A DNA stretch of 64,000 bases from Macrostomum lignano (taxonomy: Eukaryota), in assembly GCA_002269645.1 (NCBI GenBank), contig NIVC01000070.1, forward strand, positions 1,054,001-1,118,000, given 5' to 3'. The notes beneath the pieces were generated by a model, which worked only from the letters and a program-made list of their open reading frames with translations, was not told where the DNA came from and did not search any database. Shown here in pieces: positions 61,561 to 64,000 of this stretch. A program made the translations under genes and the position numbers. Every line of letters starts with the position of its first letter. The first letter of the stretch is position 1.

Positions 61561-62139
61561 AGATCCCTTTGAAAGGCCCTTCTGACAGACCTTCGCAGAT
61601 TTCCTCCGAAAAATCCATCGTTAATTAACAGTGGTAAAAACTGAATGACAAAACGGGGGAAGAAATCGGTGTTCCCAAGGTGGAGTTCGCAACAGCAAAG
61701 ATTAAGTCAACTTTTTCAATCCAATTTTTGCTCGCCCCCCCCCCCTCACTTGTCATGCTATGCTAATTATCCCAATGTATTCCGCCGCATAAATTAATAA
61801 CTAATAATAACGCATCAGTTATGCATGGCCAAGTGGTTTCATTTTTTCTGCAAAATCGCTTTTTAGATTATCTTTTTCGAATTTTCTTACAATTTTATAG
61901 ATCCGTTGCAGCCACTTTTCTATACTATTTATATTGTCGCGCTTTAAACCCTTAACTTACTTACCGCACACCTGTCAAAGCCTAACTGTAGTAGCTACTA
62001 ACAGCAGTATTTTAATGAAATGTCCCTCTTACCATAGTGAAACATAGTAGCAATTAACATAATGAAATAAAATACAGATTATTGCATCGTAATTTTTTTC
62101 CTTCACCTAGCTTTATCTCTCCCTTTGCCACAACAATCA

Positions 62140-62300
62140 GGATTCTGGGATTGATGATGATGATGATGGGGATTCTGGGATTAATGATGATGATGAAGAT
62201 TCTGGGATTGATGATGATGATGATGGAGAATCTGGGATTGATGATGATGATGGGGATTCTGGGATTGATGATGATTATGGGGATGCTGGGATTGATGATG
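62140..62300. repeat. Compound repeat GATTCTGGGATT(GAT)n
   Basis: Directly visible. Confidence 0.85.
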
Positions 62301-63324
62301 CTGCATCGTAAATTGATTTTTTCTCCTTTTATTTCTGCCTTCTTTTCTAATTTATTTCCCTCTTCTTCCAATCATTTCCCTTTCTCCCAATTAATTCCCT
62401 CTCCGTTCCTCACTCTTTCCTAATTGTTAATGAACATGCGCAGCTGCACACGCGCCTGCCTGCCTGACAATTATGAGTGCGTGCCTGCTCGCATACAGTA
62501 CGAGTATATTGGCGCGCTTGTAATCGTATGTGCTCAAGCTGAGTCAGCGGAATGAGCAGAAATTGCCATCAGCGCTACTGGTGGCGAGTCCGATGTCACC
62601 GAAGATTTTATTTTGCGCGACGCGCTTTGCGGAGGAGGCGCGACGTGACTGCAATGTACACTGAGTAGATAGTAAAGCATCTACATGTACATGTAGATGT
62701 AGCAGATTTCGAATAGAATCACTGATAAGACACATTGCGTGTGACTCGATGTAATATGCAACTATAAAAGTCAGTTTAATGTGCTGTAACTGCAACAGAA
62801 GGCACGATAGCTGCCCCACTTATGCAGAGCGGCCCAAATGCAGTCAGCCAAATGTGCAGTTGGATGCAGTCTCGATCGTTTAGGCAATGCTTGCATCAGA
62901 GGAGATCAGATAAGTCAGCAGGCAGCAGGTGACTTCCGGTCCTTCAGCGCCCTTGCCGCATCAGAACCCAAATAAAGTATATTTTATAGAATACATGCAG
63001 AAATTTCTCGAGCAAAACATGCAGCTTCTCTGCAACCCTGCAACTTGTTGCATAAAACTTTTATAAAATTCCTCTAGCAATATTCTTAACACCTGTCTTC
63101 CTGATTGATTGACTTGCCAAGACATGCCACTAAGCCCAGCAACCGCGGCAGGTATTGGGCAAGATGCGAGCTCCGAGTCCGACCTGAACCATCTGTTCCT
63201 GCTGCCAATAGGGATCGCCCAGCTCGTGGGAGCTTTTCTGCGGCTGCTGATCGGCTTGCTCATCAGCTTCCCGACTGAGTCGGTGAGAGCTGCTGTGTGT
63301 AGTCTCATTGTAAATTGCATTTGT

Positions 63325-64000
63325 GACAGTCAGAGATGTCCTCCCCTAACAGTCAGAGATGTCCTCCCCTAACAGTCAGAGATGTCCTCCTGACAATCAG
63401 AGATGTCCTCCCCTGACAATCAGAGATGTCCTCCCCTAACAGTCAGAGATGTCCTTCCCTGACAATCAGAGATGTCCTCCCCTGACAGTCAGAGATGTCC
63501 TTCCCTGACAATCAGAGATGTCCTCCTGACAGTCAGAGATGTCCTCCCCTAACAGTCAGAGATGTCCTCCCCTGACAGTCAGAGATGTCCTCCCCTGACA
63601 GTCAGAGATGTCCTCCCCTGACAGTCAGAGATGTCCTCCCCTGACAGTCAGAGATGTCCTCCCCTGACAGTCAGAGATGTCCTTCCCTGACAATCAGAGA
63701 TGTCCTCCTGACAATCAGAGATGTCCTCCCCTGACAATCAGAGATGTCCTCCCCTAACAGTCAGAGATGTCCTCCCCTGACAGTCAGAGATGTTCTTCCC
63801 TGACAATCAGAGATGTCCTTCCCTGACAGTCAGAGATGTCCTCCCCTGACAGTCAGAGATGTCCTCCCCTGACATGCAGTCAGAGATGTCCTCCCCTGAC
63901 AGTCAGAGATGTCCTCCCCTGACATGCAGTCAGAGATGTCCTCCCCTGACAGTCAGAGATGTCCTCCCCTGACATGCAGTCAGAGATGTCCTCCCCTGAC
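63325..64000. repeat. 23-bp minisatellite (CAGTCAGAGATGTCCTCCCCTGA), runs off the window end
   Basis: Period from 63601 and 63624. Confidence 0.93.

Overview
Eukaryotic (animal) genomic DNA: GC-rich exons with GT-AG introns, and introns and intergenic space packed with unrelated minisatellites and small mobile elements. The style suggests an invertebrate such as a Macrostomum-type flatworm, but that is an unverified inference. I reconstructed five protein-coding genes by reading splice sites and checking codon phase. (1) Dihydropyrimidine dehydrogenase DPYD, minus strand: exons 9283-9390 and 3870-6230; its 3' exons are not in the window. (2) An intronless KCTD8/12/16-type BTB gene, 19655-20389 (+). 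(3) Phosphorylase kinase alpha, minus strand: 12 phase-compatible exons from 39908 down to 24575, ending in a CaaX motif. (4,5) Two tandem type II glutamine synthetase paralogs (+), 51506-53766 and 57767-60982, with the same five-exon structure; the second has changes in the glutamate-binding loop. The standout mobile element is a gag-only LTR retrotransposon (43256-46470) with apparently identical 917-bp LTRs, PBS, PPT, a 4-bp TSD, an intact CCHC Gag and no pol. Also present: two GGG...CCC foldback-type elements with 8-bp TSDs (17149-18830, 49042-49998), several MITE-like hairpins, tRNA-derived SINEs and the 3' half of a U6 snRNA. Most long ORFs in the supplied track are artefacts of tandem repeats. 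No CRISPR array or prokaryotic system is supported.
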